From positions 2,418,001 to 2,482,000 of the forward strand of contig JAYWIR010000021.1 of assembly GCA_036172245.1 (NCBI GenBank): a stretch of DNA of 64,000 nt, in the 5' to 3' direction. The notes beneath the pieces were generated by a model, which ran no database searches, was not told the DNA's origin, and saw nothing but the letters and a program-made list of their open reading frames with translations. This DNA is from Raillietiella orientalis. Its lineage: Eukaryota. The position numbers and the translations under genes are program-made. How positions within the stretch are numbered: position 1 is the first letter of the stretch; each line of letters opens with the position of its first letter. Below are positions 1-11,600 of this stretch, in pieces.

Positions 1-510
1 CTTCCTTCAGGTTTCTCCGGGAGATTCTCCCCAATCAGGATCGTGTAAGGATGGGGAAAACGGATAAGAATTGCAGCGAGCCCAGGGGCAGCTTCACCCT
101 TGTCCCGACGCGCATACGATCGAGAAGAAAGATGCGTTCTGGAAACGGACGGAGCGCTCCCAGAAGATGTGACTCGCGGGCGTTGCCTTTCCTGCTGGAT
201 CGCGGCCCTCGAGATCGACTGGCGCTTGCATCAACGGCAGGGGTTTCCTCTCTCCCCCCTTCTCCGCTATCCCGGAAGAAAACAGCGGGTTTGGGATGGG
301 AGGAAGAGCAAATGTGAGCGCCTCTGCCAGAGCTGCGTGGCACTGCCTTTCCTGAAGAAAATCCCATATCTTAGTCGACAGTCTGATGACAGTCAAAAAG
401 GGAATGGGATCCGTGGAGAAGGGGAATTAAGGATGAAGAGGGTACCTAGGATGTTATTTTTCGAAAAAGTCTCCCTTTTGCTTCCAGGAAACCTCTTGCT
501 CAGATGATGA

Positions 511-542
511 GTCTTCACAGGTCTTCTCAGGTCTTCACAGGT
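511..542. repeat. Tandem 10-mer GTCTTC(A/T)CAG x3
   Basis: gtcttcacag gtcttctcag gtcttcacag gt read directly. Confidence 0.8.
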
Positions 543-3500
543 GCTGAATTCCTTTTCCTCTTTTCGGGAACGCACAACCGCAGTCCCACAAAGCCTACTT
601 GGGCTCATCACATGAAGCAGAGACGAAAACTTGACTGGAAGCTCACCCTATCTGCCTCTCCTTTTTCTCAAAGAAGTGATCTCCATTTCCCTCCCCTTTC
701 CACCCTACGACTGCAAGGGCAGTGGCAGGGTCACAGTAATTAGGTCTATCTCCGAGAAGCGAGGTGCGGCGATCTCCTGCGGTGCTGCCGTCGCCGAGGA
801 GACGAGTTCAATCTGGTGCGGCTCGGATTGCACGCTGCCACTCAGCACAAACACTTCCGCAGCTTCGCTCGTCTTCCAAGTCTCCAGCGAGGGAGCGGTG
901 TCGCTTCCCGGGGGAGGAGTCTTCATGGGACATGGAAGATGCATTTGAGAGGCACATGAAGAGCGGAGAAGAGTACGAAACTTAGAGGGAATTTCTGTTG
1001 AAGACCTACATGGAATGCTTCGGATCGGAGGACAGGTGGTCCCACCCGGGAGAGAGCTCACTTGAGGATGCGAGTCCTGCCCAAGGAAAGAGGCGGAAGT
1101 CGAGGAAGGGAGCGAGCTCCCCACGTGCAGATGCAAAGCTGGCATCCTGGTGGGCACACTCGCAAAGCTTAGAGGCTTTGCAACCCAGGCGAGGGGATGC
1201 GAGAAAAGGAGCAGAGTTCATCCGGCCCAGGAAGCAGCTAATGGCTTCTTCCAGAATTCGTTGGATTCAAAGAGTACCTGCAGGGCGCCAGCCGCCTCAA
1301 CCTCGGCTAAGGAGGAAGAAGCAGATGCTCTTCTGAAGAAGCTCTGAGATGTACCCGAGCTGCTGTACCATGACAAAACATTCAGGGAACCCCGTAGGAG
1401 CATCGTAAGTAAGTTCCAGACGATTTACATCCACCTCTTCACTTCGAGGTGAAGGTCAGAACGCCACTTGCGAGCACACGAGAATGGAGTGAGGAGGGAG
1501 GGGAAGGGAAGAGGAAAATCCTCTAACGAGAGAGCAATCAGAAGACAACGAAGATCACCAGCGGAACAGAGGGTCCATGAGTTGGCGGAGGCAAGGCATG
1601 GGGATACTTCGACGAGGCGAGGGATCGCAAAGGAAGAGGATAACCCTCCTGCGGAGTGGTCTCCTTTTATCCTTCCGAGACGGGATGCCCTAGATTCTTC
1701 CTCCACTCTCGGGCTCTTCGACACTCTCTCGCCTTCTTGAGCATCCCAAGAAACTCCCGTCTGAAAAGCAGCAGCCAATCAAGGAAAGCGATCGGATCGA
1801 AAAGATCCGTTCTGACGCCGGAAGGAGCTCTGTTTGCATTCCCCTATCATCCGATCGGGCTGCGTTGGCGCGCAAACACGGGCATCTCGGAGTCCCGGCC
1901 AAGCCTGGAGCGCTCTCACGGTCGGCTCCGCTTCATGCGATGCTGGGGAGCAAAGTCGATTGAGGACGCTGCCGCGCCATCAATCAGGTCCGTTCCATCG
2001 CTGGCCGAATTAGCATGATGGAGACGGAGGCGAGGTGGAGCAATCTTCCTTGACGAGATCAGCGAACCCTGGCTGCCCTTCCCCAGGATCTGCCGACTCA
2101 GCTCGAGAGCCCTTCCGCGTCTTGCAGGTCCGCACTTCCGGAGATCCTTCCGTCCTCCACTCAGCTCCCCTGGAACCGTCACTCTCCTCCAAGAGGAGAA
2201 TCGAAGCCCTTACGGCTGCGCAGGAGGAGCTCTGTCGCCGGGATTGACACGTGATCGCTTCCTCCTAATCAGCAAAAGGGCGCTTCCTTAGTCTCCACGT
2301 GGATCCTGCTTCATTCGAGCTCTCATCCAACACATGGCGGAAGAAACATCTTTTCTGCTTCTTCCTCGCACCTTTATTCAGAGTCCCTCCCCTTACTTCG
2401 CACGAGCACCTGAGCCCTCTGGGTCCCGCACGACCGCAGTCCCAACTTTTCCGGATTCGCGCGGTCCACGCGGAGCATCACGTAAGACCTCAATCTTCGT
2501 CATTCCGTGTAACTCGACCGGAGCGGACAACCTCCCTCCCCCCCAGCTGCAACTCTGGAGCCGTGGCAACCTCTGCTCGGCTTGGAAATCCTGCAGACGA
2601 TTGCCTTTATGCACCTAATGACGGAAATCGAGAACCATCTAACCCAAAGGTGACCGACCGTCCGGCAGGATGCACCGCGCAGCCTCTGGCCTGCCAGCTT
2701 GAGTATCACGACCCGACACTAGAGCACTTCTGGGAGCCTTGATTCCAGGATCCTGCATTCGTTCGCCGTTCGATCCCGTCCTCTCCGAGAATCGAAGGGG
2801 CGGGGGAATCGGAGTCCACGCCGAGGGACGGATATCCATCCACGGCCGCGGGTTCTCCGACGAACGGCAAAATTCCGATGTTAGAGTGGGGCTTCGGGGA
2901 CGGCATGGGAGACTCCGTTTATTGCTCTTCCCCAGATGAACCTCGGCAGACGGCGCTTCCATTCATCACCCGCCATAATGATGCTCCAAAGCTCTTCAGA
3001 CCGAAGTAACCCATCATCCGTGGAACAGTCCCTCCCCAGAAGCTTCCATCTTAGCTGCGCTACTCCCTTCCTCCGATTTCTTTTCATCTGCTCCGAAATT
3101 TTGCTTCTCTTTTTCTTTTTCCCTCTTTTTCGCTGCTGCCCCTACCCCTCTCCTCTTCCCCATGAGTGAGCTCCGGGTGGTGATTCTTCCTGAATTTCTT
3201 GGCCCGTTGGTCTCACCCTTCCGTACTCTGTGTCGGAGGCCTAATCGAACGGCAATTCCACCGCCTTCTCGATGGCTACCGCGACCGCCACATTCCGTTA
3301 CCCGCCGCTTCCCGAACAGCCGACCTCGGCAGAGTTCCACGCACTCGACGCGGGTTTCGGAAGACACGCACAAGCAGGGAGACGCCCGATCGGAACGGGC
3401 GGGTAGAGTCCTGGAGAGATGGCCTTCTTTTTGGGCTGTAAACAGTTCTGGAGAGAAGAGCTCTGTCGTCGAATTTCGGGCGCAGGGATGCACACCAAGG

Positions 3501-5748
3501 GAAAACCAGTGGCGACTGATCCTGCGCAGCAGTCCGTCCCTTCTCGTTCCTAGCAGCCTCCGTGATCTGAAGAGCCTCTCCTGACTTTTTGCTGCCATGT
3601 CTTCCGGTATTCTGATTGTTTCCGAGGTAGCCGTGTGAGCACCATTGGAAGATAAGAGATGATTGCCTTGCCGACTCCCTGATGTTTTCTTCTTGCGAAA
3701 GGAAAATCCAGATGGACGCACCTGAGGAACTGCAGTAATGTTAATGCAAGTGAAGGACGAATGAATAGGGGAGTAGTGGTTCTCATCGTCTGGTCTCGAC
3801 GAATGTCCAGAAGCTCTCACAAAAGAGGTCTTTACTTCCAGATGATATCGCCTTCAGTGGCACCTCTGGAGAATCCGATCAGAGGACTTTCCTTTAGCGA
3901 CTGGAACCCTCGAGAGGCAATCTTTTTTCTCCAGTGAGGTCTCGCGACGCGTTCTTTCCTAAGCTTAAGGACATTTTTGCCAATGTGTCCTTCACGAGCA
4001 GCATCCTGTATCATGCATCTCACAGTATACGTAAGGGGCTGTTAGTACCCGATACCAAGATAGAACTTTGAACGATGCAGACGTCACCCAGATGTTTCTG
4101 CGGTCTCTAGCTCTGCAGCCTTCGAGCTGCTCCTCAGAGAAATTCCATCCCCCCTTTCTGTAAGTGCGGTAGACTCGGCCGCTGACTGCCTTGCGGCTGC
4201 TGACGTTTATAGGAGTTTGCCCGTCTCCTGGGAAGACTCCCTGAAGCACTAGATGCTTCGGCACCGCAAGGTGGTGCTGGGAAAGTGGCTTTCACAGGGA
4301 TATCCACCCTTGTTTCCACGCTTTGGTGTCACCGACGGAGCAGAAAAACTCCAGGACGTCTTCGGCATTCCAAGGAAGTTCCGAATCCCTGATGAGCGAA
4401 GGTTCAATTGGAGACTGAAACTCCGCATTCCTTGGTCTCCTCTGGAAGACCCGTTCCCGGGCAGAGTTTCCTCCGGTGGGGAACGGGGCTCCTCTCGATG
4501 TTCCGTGCGACCACTGGTCTGTGCTCATCGCCTCCTGAACGTGAGCAAGAATCGGATGCTGTGATGGGTTCCTTCCGAAATCCCTCCTTTCCGCACGTCT
4601 CGGCAAGAGCAAGAACGGAAGCAGCTTGCCAGAGAGGCAAGTTGTACAAGAGGATTGTACAAGATGTTCCCTCCGGTAGCTTTAAACTGATCCACTTCGT
4701 CGTTGGCGAGTTAGAGCAGACAGAAGTCCTGATTTTTGTTTTGTGAGTGAGGCTGGCCATCCGAAGAAAGAGAGTCGATGGTTCCCGTGGAGACCGCCTT
4801 CCCAGCAGCTTCCTTCGGTTCCACAGAAGCATTGCTGCTGCTCTGCGGTCTGATCTCCTCCAGTGTGCTTCCCTGCCGAGGCTCCCGCACTTATCGGAAC
4901 GAGCGAGCGCCGCGTGTCTTCAGGGAGCCGGGATCACCGCACCAGGACGAGAGAGCTGGTGCTTCACAACGGGGAAGAAGGCAAGGGTGCTTGCGGAAGC
5001 ATCGCGCTGGTAGTCCCTTGACGGAGGCTGCGCATGCAGAGCGTGGCGAATCGCCCCTGTCCTTTTGCCGAGAGAGGAAAGGAAGAAGAAACGAATCCGG
5101 AAGATTGATGGTGAGATACGATCACAGAAGTAGAACAGCACCGAGAGCTGCTACGCTTAGGAAGACAATGCGTGCTACGGGAATGCAGGAGGGGAGGCTG
5201 AGAGACGGCCGTCCCATGACTTCGCATTCTGGGTCAAGATATTTCCGAATCGAGAGCTCCTCCCCCATCTTCTCCCCCCCTTTCGCATTTGGTGGCTCGG
5301 TCCGTCTACTTCTGCTCGGCGCTCGTGAAGAAAACGGGAAGAAATGCGAAAGCTTCCCAGGTCCCTGGACGCTCCCGGTAGCGGAATGGAAAAGCACGAA
5401 AGGAGGCGGCACGCAGGACAAGGGATGGTGGAGTGTAGCGTTCCAAGAAGTCTCCGCAGCGCAGGAGTAGGGGTGCTAGAGGAGTAACAGCGATACAAAA
5501 TGGCTTCCAGGAAGGATTGGAAGGAGTGGTGTAAATCCCGGCGCTGTGTCCTATAGCCGCGTCGGTGGAGTTCGAGAGAGAAAAAGAAAGGACAGGGGAA
5601 GGGACGGTGGGATCCGTATTTGAACCCACCCCACGCGTGGTTCCTCCTTAGAGGGGGCGCTGTTGCTGCGGGCCAAGGGAACCTAAGCAAGAGAGAGAGG
5701 GAGGGAGGGGGGGGGAAGGTCCGTTCGCGGGACGCGGGAGCTGCTCAC

Positions 5749-5885
5749 CGTTCAGGATGTGCACCGTCACTTGTGCGTCGACCGTCTTCCCTATGGAGCA
5801 GGTGTAGTTCCCGGAGTCAGACATCTGCGCTGACTGGATGAGCAGCCGGCTGTCGACCGTCCTTCCGCCAGCGGTAGTCTTTATG
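5749..5885 (-). CDS. dpr14: dpr14-like exon: second half of Ig2 (SIKTTAGGRTVDSRLLIQSAQMSDSGNYTCSIGKTVDAQVTVHILNG)
   Basis: Acceptor cttgttgcag|C, donor AACG|gtgagc; 137 bp, phase 2 to 1. Contains the DSGNYTC Ig F-strand motif. Absent from the supplied ORF track. Confidence 0.93.
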
Positions 5886-6847
5886 CTGCAACAAGCCAGG
5901 TTGGATCATCGGGGCTCGGACGGAATCCGAAAGGGGGGAGGAGAGCCCAGGGGGAGGAGCGAGCCGCTTTTCAACCAAGGGAAGGCCTCTCCTCCTTCTA
6001 GAGCGGCTCCTCGCATGTGATACGATGCTACCAGCGCCGCCTTGGGTCGGTGGCGGCCGCACCAATCTCAAAGGTGGAGACTGCGACTGTGGTGCTCTCC
6101 GCTAGAAGCCGCCCAACCCGATAGATCGACTAGTCGATGCAGATTCTCTCCCTCTCCCTTCCTCGAGCCTCTTTCTCTTATGGACGGGTCTGGAAGGGTG
6201 AAACGTGCCGTGCCCCTGGGAGCTCAGCTTCTGTAGCCGTGCCAACGGATCAGAGGTGGAGGGGAAACTACGCGTGACGCTGTTTCCCGCCAACTTACCC
6301 TTCTTCCCCACCTGAGGCCTGCCGGTGGGGGCGTGACCAAGCCGGAGGTCCGCAAACGCTCGAGGTTCCAGCAGCTATGGCCGCCGTAGCAGACAGGAAG
6401 AAGAGAGATTGCCCTTGTCCCGGTCTCACCTTCCGCGCAACTCTCGGAAGGTGCAATCAGGATGTGATGCAGAGACAAGGAGGAAGATCAGAAGGAAGAG
6501 AAGATGCGGACGTAAGAATTCCTCTAGCCTAGGAATTTGCAGGGGCTTCAAGATAACCATAAACGAACGTCCGCAGAGACGGTAAGAAGATGGGGTCGAG
6601 TCGAGACCGCGGTAACGATAGCGGACAACCGGATGCTCCCTCCGCTCGGATTCCTTGAAGAGGGAATGGATTGGTCCTGCCAATCGTCGCAAATTTAGAG
6701 AAAAAGAACCTCCGGAAGGGCAACTGCCGACTGACTGGGCAGTTCTTCAGGCACTGCAGTTGGTAGCTCGGAAAGGAGAGGGAAGGAGGGCGTGGGAAGT
6801 GGGAAGGAGGTCGTGGATCTCTTCTCGTCCTGTTCCTCCTTCTCCGA

Positions 6848-6992
6848 GAAGGAAGGAGGATGAGGAACGGAGAGGAGAGAGAAGTAGAAGAAAGGAAGAG
6901 GAAGAAGGAAGGAGGTGGAGGCAGAAGAAAGGAATTGGAGGAAGAAAAAATAAAGAAGAGGAAAGAAAGAGGAAAAAGAAAGGAGGAGAAAA
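6848..6992 (+). repeat. GA-rich polypurine low-complexity tract (intronic)
   Basis: Almost pure G/A on the + strand; source of the spurious K/E/R-rich and F/S/L-rich ORFs. Confidence 0.85.
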
Positions 6993-7738
6993 GACAGTCC
7001 TGAATTCTGTCTCTTGAAAGGAAATTCGTGGGTGGTACTACTCGGTAGTGCATAGCAGGGGAAAACGCTGACATCTTCTCGAGGTGGTGGAAATTTCCCC
7101 AGCCGGAAAGAAAACAGCACGTTTCTTAATGCACTCCCCTTGACGTGCCCTTGAGAACTGTTGAAGATCAGAGGGCGCGCTCGCGGTTCGGATGAGCAGC
7201 CCCTAAGGAAAAGAAGAGGAAAGTGAGAAGGGGGTTTTTCGTAAATGCCTCCCCTATGTTGAAAGCGAGGTGGCTGGGGGAGATTAGGATGCTCGCCGTA
7301 CAAGTAGAGTCGGGGAGCACGCAGCCCGTCGGCGGCACGCTCAGCGGGATAGCGGAGGAAGCGAAGCGGAAGAAGGAAACGTCGTTCCGGAGACGGAAGG
7401 ATAATCGAAGGAATCGCCCCCCCCAGCAGAACAGGATCTTGTGGGAGGTGGACGTGAACGATTAGAGAGCAGTAGAGCCTGTTTACAAAGGCAGGGGTGG
7501 ATCATGACCTGCCTCCTGCCCGATGACCTGAGCCTTCGCGCGCGTAAGCGCGCGCAAAGAGAAACCGGGCCCTTCAGAGATGTTAGAAGCGACCAAAGGA
7601 GAGGCACACTAGACCCTTGGAAGGCGGAGGACCTTCTGGTCTCCGGAGAGTATCGCCTTGGGCTCAGGGATGGGTTGAGGAATGCGCGCGGGCTTTGTCC
7701 AGTGCCCCGAAGACCCTTCCGAGGGGCCGTGTACTTGC

Positions 7739-7916
7739 CTTATATCTCCCCTGGAGGTGTCGAAGTTGAGTATCCTGCTGTTGTGCTTCCAGGTTACGAA
7801 CCCTGGGTTTGACACGAAGGGCAGGGCAGTACACCTCAGCTCGATGCTGCTCCCGGTCTTGTAGAACTTCTCCCTGACGGGCTTCCCTCTCCTGTCCAGG
7901 ATCTCGATTTTCGGAA
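7739..7916 (-). CDS. dpr14: dpr14-like exon: first half of Ig2 (VPKIEILDRRGKPVREKFYKTGSSIELRCTALPFVSNPGFVTWKHNSRILNFDTSRGDI)
   Basis: Acceptor ttttctccctcag|TT; donor AAG|gcaagt (GC type); 178 bp, phase 1 to 2. Motifs typical of the dpr14 subfamily. Confidence 0.92.
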
Positions 7917-8602
7917 CTGAGGGAGAAAACAGGGGACACTGCAGGCCTCTGAAACACGACTGGAACGGGAGGGAGGAAGAAACGCTGCTGAGGCGGGAGA
8001 AGGCGTTGAGGAATTCCTAGATAACCTCGAGCGCCCCCAACGCTCGCACTTCTCTGGAGAGAACGCAGAGGGGCGAATTATGGGCCGGACAGGTGTCGTG
8101 CGGACGGTGAGAGGGCAAGGTGGCACGGAGAGTCACTTTCCCTCCTTTCTTTTCTTGCAGAAAGGTAGAGGGTCTCAAAGAGCCTTCAGGTGAGGGGAAA
8201 GAGGCCCATTTCCTTGCGGACCGAGGAAAACAGGAAGCGTAGGTCCGTTTCCACTCGATTCTTCACGGATGGGGTTTTGGCAGCCGCGGAGAACTGCGCA
8301 CGAGGAAGTCTTCCGCCCTCCCCATGTCCCTACTACTCTCTTCCTCAGTTCCCAATCTTCACTTCCCCTTCTCCCTTCCTCCCCTTCCTCATCCACTCTT
8401 CCTTTTCTCAGCAGCTTCTCCAGATGAAACAACCCCTCGCCTCATCTCCCCTTTTCCAGCTCATTCCACTTTCCACCTCGCCTCCTGCTGCAAAAGGCAG
8501 GGCAACAGGAGCTGCTCCGTAGAGCAGCAGTGTGGGCAGCTGGCTCGAAAGGCAACACCACGCCACTTGCAGCAGGCGAGGATGGGAGAGTAGAGTGAGG
8601 TA

Positions 8603-8654
8603 AACCGGTAGAGAGCGCGTGAGGGGACCTACCCTCACGCGCTCTCTACTGGTT
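8603..8654. repeat. Inverted repeat, 23-bp stem (1 G-T pair) with 6-nt loop
   Basis: AACCGGTAGAGAGCGCGTGAGGG gaccta CCCTCACGCGCTCTCTACTGGTT. Confidence 0.9.
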
Positions 8655-10910
8655 ACTTGCCGCCAATCGCGGGACGGGGGCCGTTTCCCTGCAAGAAAAG
8701 GAGCACGGAGAGGTCGCCCAAAACCCTCATAGCCCCTTGTTCTCATGAGGGAAGAGGTCGCGATTCCGGATCGAAAGATGAGCCCTTTAAGTCCCCGGGC
8801 TGCGTGCAGAGACCCTCCGTCTCCTTCGCGGCTCTTCCTTCCTTTCCGGAAGAGCCAACTTGTCCGGATGAGGGGAAACGGGGTATGAGGGACCCTTCCC
8901 CAAACCCTGGGACCACCCGAAATTTCCCTGGCACTGGAGAATCTTTTCCTCCTTCTCTGCTCCCCGCTCTTCCTGTCACTCTCCCGAGTCCTCCCGATCC
9001 GCGGCAACGGTCGCGACGGCAAGGGAACCAGGGAGAAGGGAAAGGGTCTCCAAGGAGCGGGATCGACCACCTCCTGTCTCCCGCGCCAATCCTCGAGGGC
9101 TCAGGAAACGTCTTGATTGGCGTGCTCCTCCCGTCCCGCTGCACCTCGCTCTCCCTGTAAGGTCAGGAACGCGTCCCGGATCGCAAATGAGGCGAGCAGC
9201 AGCGGAGGAAGGGAGGCGACGAGGAGACGGGCAGCGAAAGAGGGGACGGGGACGTCCTTGGGATCCGCGGGATGCTTGGGGGCGCACGCGCCGAAGGGCG
9301 GCCGGGAGGGGAAAGGAGGCGATCTTCCAGCTATTTCTACCCACGAAGCCGGCACTGGGGGCTCTGGAACTCTGAAAGGCGCGGGATAAGGGTCCTGGAA
9401 GACGAGTGGAGGATCCTTGGAGGGTCCTGGAACGCGAACTGGTGCCCCTTGCTCCTTCTCCTCCTCTCTTACCCTCCCCTCGGGCGTACGCTGCGTTCCA
9501 GTCAATTCGGAGCGCCGACCTGCCTGCTGGAAGAAATGTCGCCTTTTGGGATCTCTCCCTGGAGGATGAAGTCGCCTGTTCGTCCGAGACGTCCTGAAGG
9601 AATCGCTCCGCAGAACTCGTCTAACCCTCCTTTCTGGGATCTCCCTACGCTTTTGGAGGAATTCCCTTCCTCTTCCATGCTTCCTTCTGCCCATCTGCAC
9701 CATCGGTAGTTCCCTGCTTTCGTGTCCCAGAAGGTTTTCAGAGAGACTCAGAGGACAACCGCCGCTCCTCAGGGGAGAGAGTGAGACAGGGTCCAGAGCA
9801 AAGATGTCCGTAAGCGGAAGCGAAGTTACTCCTTTTGGGTAATGGGGGAGGATGTGATCCCAGGTGCGGAAACTTTCTGGAATCTTCTGACTCCTGGAGA
9901 CGTACGTAACAGGACTACCGTCTGTCGACGAGCAGCGGAACTCTCTTCTATGCAGCGAAAGGGGCCAAAACAACGAAAGATGCTAGGAAACGCAGATGCG
10001 CACTCGAAAGTAAGAAAAAAAAGGGAAGCAGAAGCCTGAAAAGAAGGAGGCGCTCGTATACGAGTGCGAAGAGGAATTGTGGAGGGCGGCTGCTGCTCGT
10101 CATCTCTTGTGATCCTCCGCGTCCCCCTGAACGGACGCGGAAGAACGCGGTGGGTCCAGTTCTCCCCTCTCTCGGACTGGACCCACCCTCGCGGGATGGA
10201 AGGCGCGCCTGTCCTGCGCTTCCCCGCTCCCCCGTTCGCGTGTGCTGCGCGGAGGAGGACGAGGGCGCGTGGAAAGGGTGGTCAGGAGGTCTCCAAACCG
10301 ACTGCTTCGGGCAGAGGAGCGCGATGGAGGAGGAGGGGGCGCGTAGGACGAATATTAGCCGACCCTTGCGATCTGCTTCGCCAAACAACCGGTGAAGCAA
10401 ATTCCGGACGTCGGACTTGGGGTGAAATTTGCTCCCATCCCATCCCCGGAAGGGGTTTCGAGAAACGCGAAAATTCAAGGGGAGGAAATCCCTCCTTTCC
10501 TTTTCGTTTTTTTTTTTGCACCTGAGCGAGGGAAGGGGTGGGAGAAATTGGCGAAGCGAGAAGTCGCTGAAGCAGTCCGCCCATCTTCGCGAAGTTTCTG
10601 ACGTCGCTGCCACCCTTTACCTACGCGGAGACGGAAAGGCCGCTCCCCGGTGAACGCTTTCGCCTTCCGCTGTCTCGGGCCTGAACAGGGAAGCTGCGAC
10701 GCGCTCCACCCTTAGTTAGATCGATCCCCTACTGACGTCACGGCATCTCTTTGCACGGTGCAGCGTTGGGAAGGCATTGCGTGATGCGCTGGAAGACACT
10801 TCCCGAGTGATGCCGGTAAACCACGGCACTGGAATTTGCCTGCGGGGCATGAGGAACCGGCGGACAAAGCGATGGATGAAAAAGTTCATATGGAAGGGCA
10901 ATTGACGTAC

Positions 10911-11124
10911 CAATGACATGAAGATACGTGCGATGAATCTGAGGGGGATGAGCCGCGTTCTGGCATTCATACAGACCGTCGTCCCCCAAGCCGACGTCTC
11001 TGATTTGCAGCATCCAGTTTCCTGAGTCTGAATAGCGCGGTGAATAGCGCTTATTAACAACGTATGTTTGCAGTCCAACTGTCAGGAGGTACACATCGCT
11101 CCCTTTTCTCCGGAACCAGGATAT
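10911..11124 (-). CDS. dpr14: dpr14-like exon: Ig1 core (ISWFRRKGSDVYLLTVGLQTY..NWMLQIRDVGLGDDGLYECQNAAHPPQIHRTYLHVI)
   Basis: Acceptor ctcccatttcag|ATA, donor ATTG|gtacgt; 214 bp, phase 0 to 1. Canonical Dpr Ig1 motifs (SW.RR, LLTVG, W.LQI, D.G.YECQ..HPP). Confidence 0.93.
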
Positions 11125-11553
11125 CTGAAATGGGAGAATGGATTCGGCATCTCGGGCGCGGCCAACGGTGGGAGGACCGCCTTCGCTCGCCGACTGCCGA
11201 CGATGCCAACGTCGGCTTCTCTCGCGACCGGTGGACTTCCCGCGAACTGCGTTGTTCTGAGCGATGGTTCAGCCGCGCTCCCCGGGTCGGAGGAAGAAGA
11301 TAAGGCTTTCGGAACACGCGACCTTGTCGGTGCAAGATCACGCACTTCCACCAGGGAAGACGAGCAGCAAGCAGCAGCGGAAGAAGAAGTAAGGGGAAGG
11401 AGAAGAAATCATTTTCCAAGTGCAGAATCAGTTGAAGAATGCGATGACCGGAAAATGACGGTGACCCAGGACATAATGAAGTCAGCAGCTGCGAAATGCG
11501 GAGCTCGCATGAAAGCAACTCGGGTTCCGCGTGACAGCAAGGAACAGTGGAAA

Positions 11554-11600
11554 TGCTCTTTCCGCTAAGAACTTGTTACATGTTCTTAGTGGACAGAGCA
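11554..11600. repeat. Inverted repeat, 19-bp stem with 2 non-Watson-Crick positions
   Basis: TGCTCTTTCCGCTAAGAAC ttgttacat GTTCTTAGTGGACAGAGCA. Confidence 0.8.

Noticed and set aside
1150..1410. In-frame TGA in EEEADALLKKL*DVPELLYHDK followed by a gtaagt donor-like site (selenoprotein or readthrough?)
   Set aside because: No recognisable selenoprotein context, SECIS or upstream exon; more likely decayed sequence.
6529..7303. Long F/S/L-rich and K/E/R-rich ORFs
   Set aside because: Low-complexity GA tract inside the dpr intron.
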